Shown piece after piece: positions 50,355 through 51,819 of a stretch of DNA of 51,819 nucleotides. Source of the stretch: Girardia tigrina (lineage: Eukaryota). Made by a program: the position numbers and the translations under genes. The notes below the pieces were generated by a model. It did not search any database. It was given only the letters and a program-made list of their open reading frames with translations, and was not told the DNA's origin. Position 1 is the first letter of the stretch. Every line of letters starts with the position of its first letter. The stretch covers positions 9,318 through 61,136 of the forward strand of contig MQRK01225151.1 of the NCBI GenBank assembly GCA_001938485.1. The letters run 5' to 3'.

Positions 50355-51559
50355 GATATTCAAAAAGCGCAATTAAGAGCAATTTTTTATATGAATTCAA
50401 ACGTGGTGACAAAGCATCGGAGACCGCCCGTAATATCAACGGTAATTTGGGCCATGGAACTGTGAGGAATGTTTTGAATTTTGTGTTAATATTTTGTATT
50501 TTGTGTGTTGATTCGGATTATGCCTCTCCTACACAGATGGATGATTGATATTTTCTTTGATTCTTACTAATTAAAAATAACTTAATTTAATTTTAAAGTA
50601 AAAAGATTTTAAATTATAAATATAATTATGTACATTTTTTTAAAATGTTTAGATTTAATTTTAACCAATTAGATTCTTTATAATTAATAATTTTTATTAA
50701 AAGAATTTTATTTATTGAAAATAATTAGTATGCATTCAGAAATATATTGATTAAGAAAAATGTCAAATAGTGAATGCGCTTGTGAAACTCATATTGATAT
50801 TGTTAATAGGAACCAAAAACGAACGTATGTTACAACGTTGGTTCAAAAAATTTCAAGGAGATGAGACCCTAAAAGATGATGATGGCCGTGGACGGAAACC
50901 TGCTATTGAAAATGAAAATTTGAAGGCTCTACTACAAGCAAATCTATGCACAGCAGTTCGAGAGCTTGTGGAGGAAATAGGTGTCACGAAAGAAACAATT
51001 TCAAACCATCTGCGTGACATTGGAATCATCGAAAAAACTGGATAAATGGATTCCATACGAATTAAATGATAATCAAAAAATGCGTCGTTTTGAAGCATCG
51101 TCTTCACATCTTCTGTGGAACAAGAATGATTGGTTTCTGGACCGAATTGTAACGTGTGATGAAAAATGAATTCTCTGTGACAATCGGAGACGTTCTTCTC
51201 AATGGTTGGACCACTATCAAGTTCCGCAACTCTTTCTGAGGCCGAAATTGTACCAAAAAAAGATTATGGTTACTGTTTGGTGGTCTGCAGCCGGTGTTCT
51301 TCATCATAGCTTCCTAAATCCAGGAGAAACAATTACAGCAGAGAGATACTGTCAGGAAATTTTCAAAATGAACCAGAAACTCAAACAACAACAACCAGCA
51401 TTAGTCAATAGGAAGGGACCTATTCTTCTCTACGACAACGCTCGTCCACACATCGCACGTCTGACTATGCAACTGTTGAACGAACTTGGCTACAAAACTT
51501 TGAGTCATCCACCATACTCACATGACCTCTCGCCTACTGATTATCCCTTTTTCAAACAT
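50355..51559 (+). mobile_element. Mariner (Hsmar1/cecropia-like) transposase pseudogene interrupted by an insertion
   Basis: LRAIFLYEFKRG..ETARNIN..GHGT|KNERMLQRWFKKF, KWIPYEL, VTCDEK, DNARPH and PPYSHDLSPTDY. Confidence 0.92.
50461..50808. mobile_element. 348-bp insertion with 5-bp TSD, probable solo LTR
   Basis: GGAAC at 50456-50460 and 50809-50813; starts TGT and ends ATA. Removing it plus one TSD copy restores the mariner frame. Confidence 0.7.
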
Positions 51560-51819
51560 GTGCCAAGATCACCTACAACAAATGTGTAAAGCAAAACTGT
51601 GTTATCACGGTATTTATCTTTAATTGCATTGCTGAGAGGTTTGTACTTAGCCAAGTTGTCCCTGTTTGCATTCTTCAAGTTTTGCTTCTCATCAAATGGA
51701 CACTACATCAATCAGTATTGTTGACGACATAATATTTATTACAAAACAACAGTTATTTTATGCCTGCGCAGCAGGACTTGGGTTTGATTGGAGTTTACTT
51801 GTTTGTCCTCAGAATCATC
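51557..51819 (-). mobile_element. R2-superfamily RLE domain fragment
   Basis: ILIDVVCPFDEKQNLKNANRDNLAKYKPLSNAIKDKYRDNTVLLYTFVVGDLGT (reading may include a small shift); shares TVLLYT..VG..GT with the ORF at 5388. Confidence 0.75.

Noticed and set aside
50462-50809. GT..AG-bounded insertion acting as an intron in the mariner gene
   Set aside because: Splicing would leave 5 extra nt and not restore the frame; the TSD explains it better as an insertion.
1-51819. CRISPR arrays, tRNAs, prokaryotic operons or a non-standard host genetic code
   Set aside because: No regularly spaced repeat arrays or cloverleaf structures were seen. Spliceosomal introns and eukaryotic transposons are present, and the intact genes terminate with TAA, TAG and TGA.

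Overview
This is very AT-rich eukaryotic (animal-like) genomic DNA from a gapped draft assembly; the organism cannot be named from the sequence alone. The only intact genes are five divergent paralogous class A (rhodopsin-like) 7TM receptors, three on + and two on -. Each has a tiny first exon encoding a glycosylatable N-terminus that the ORF track misses, a 44-53 nt phase-0 intron, and a shared upstream motif. They sit among decayed transposons: hAT, several mariner/Tc1/rosa-like elements and MITEs, Gypsy pol, a probable solo LTR, R2-superfamily (RLE) fragments, and many Penelope-like (GIY-YIG) relics, some carrying minimal hammerhead ribozymes. Other notable items are an intronless SBDS pseudogene, an antisense 18S rRNA fragment inside a Gypsy RT, a ubiquitin-like fusion ORF, a hairpin-type junction at one hAT end, and hammerhead-containing direct repeats bracketing receptor gene 2. 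Boundaries of degenerate elements are approximate and were read by eye.
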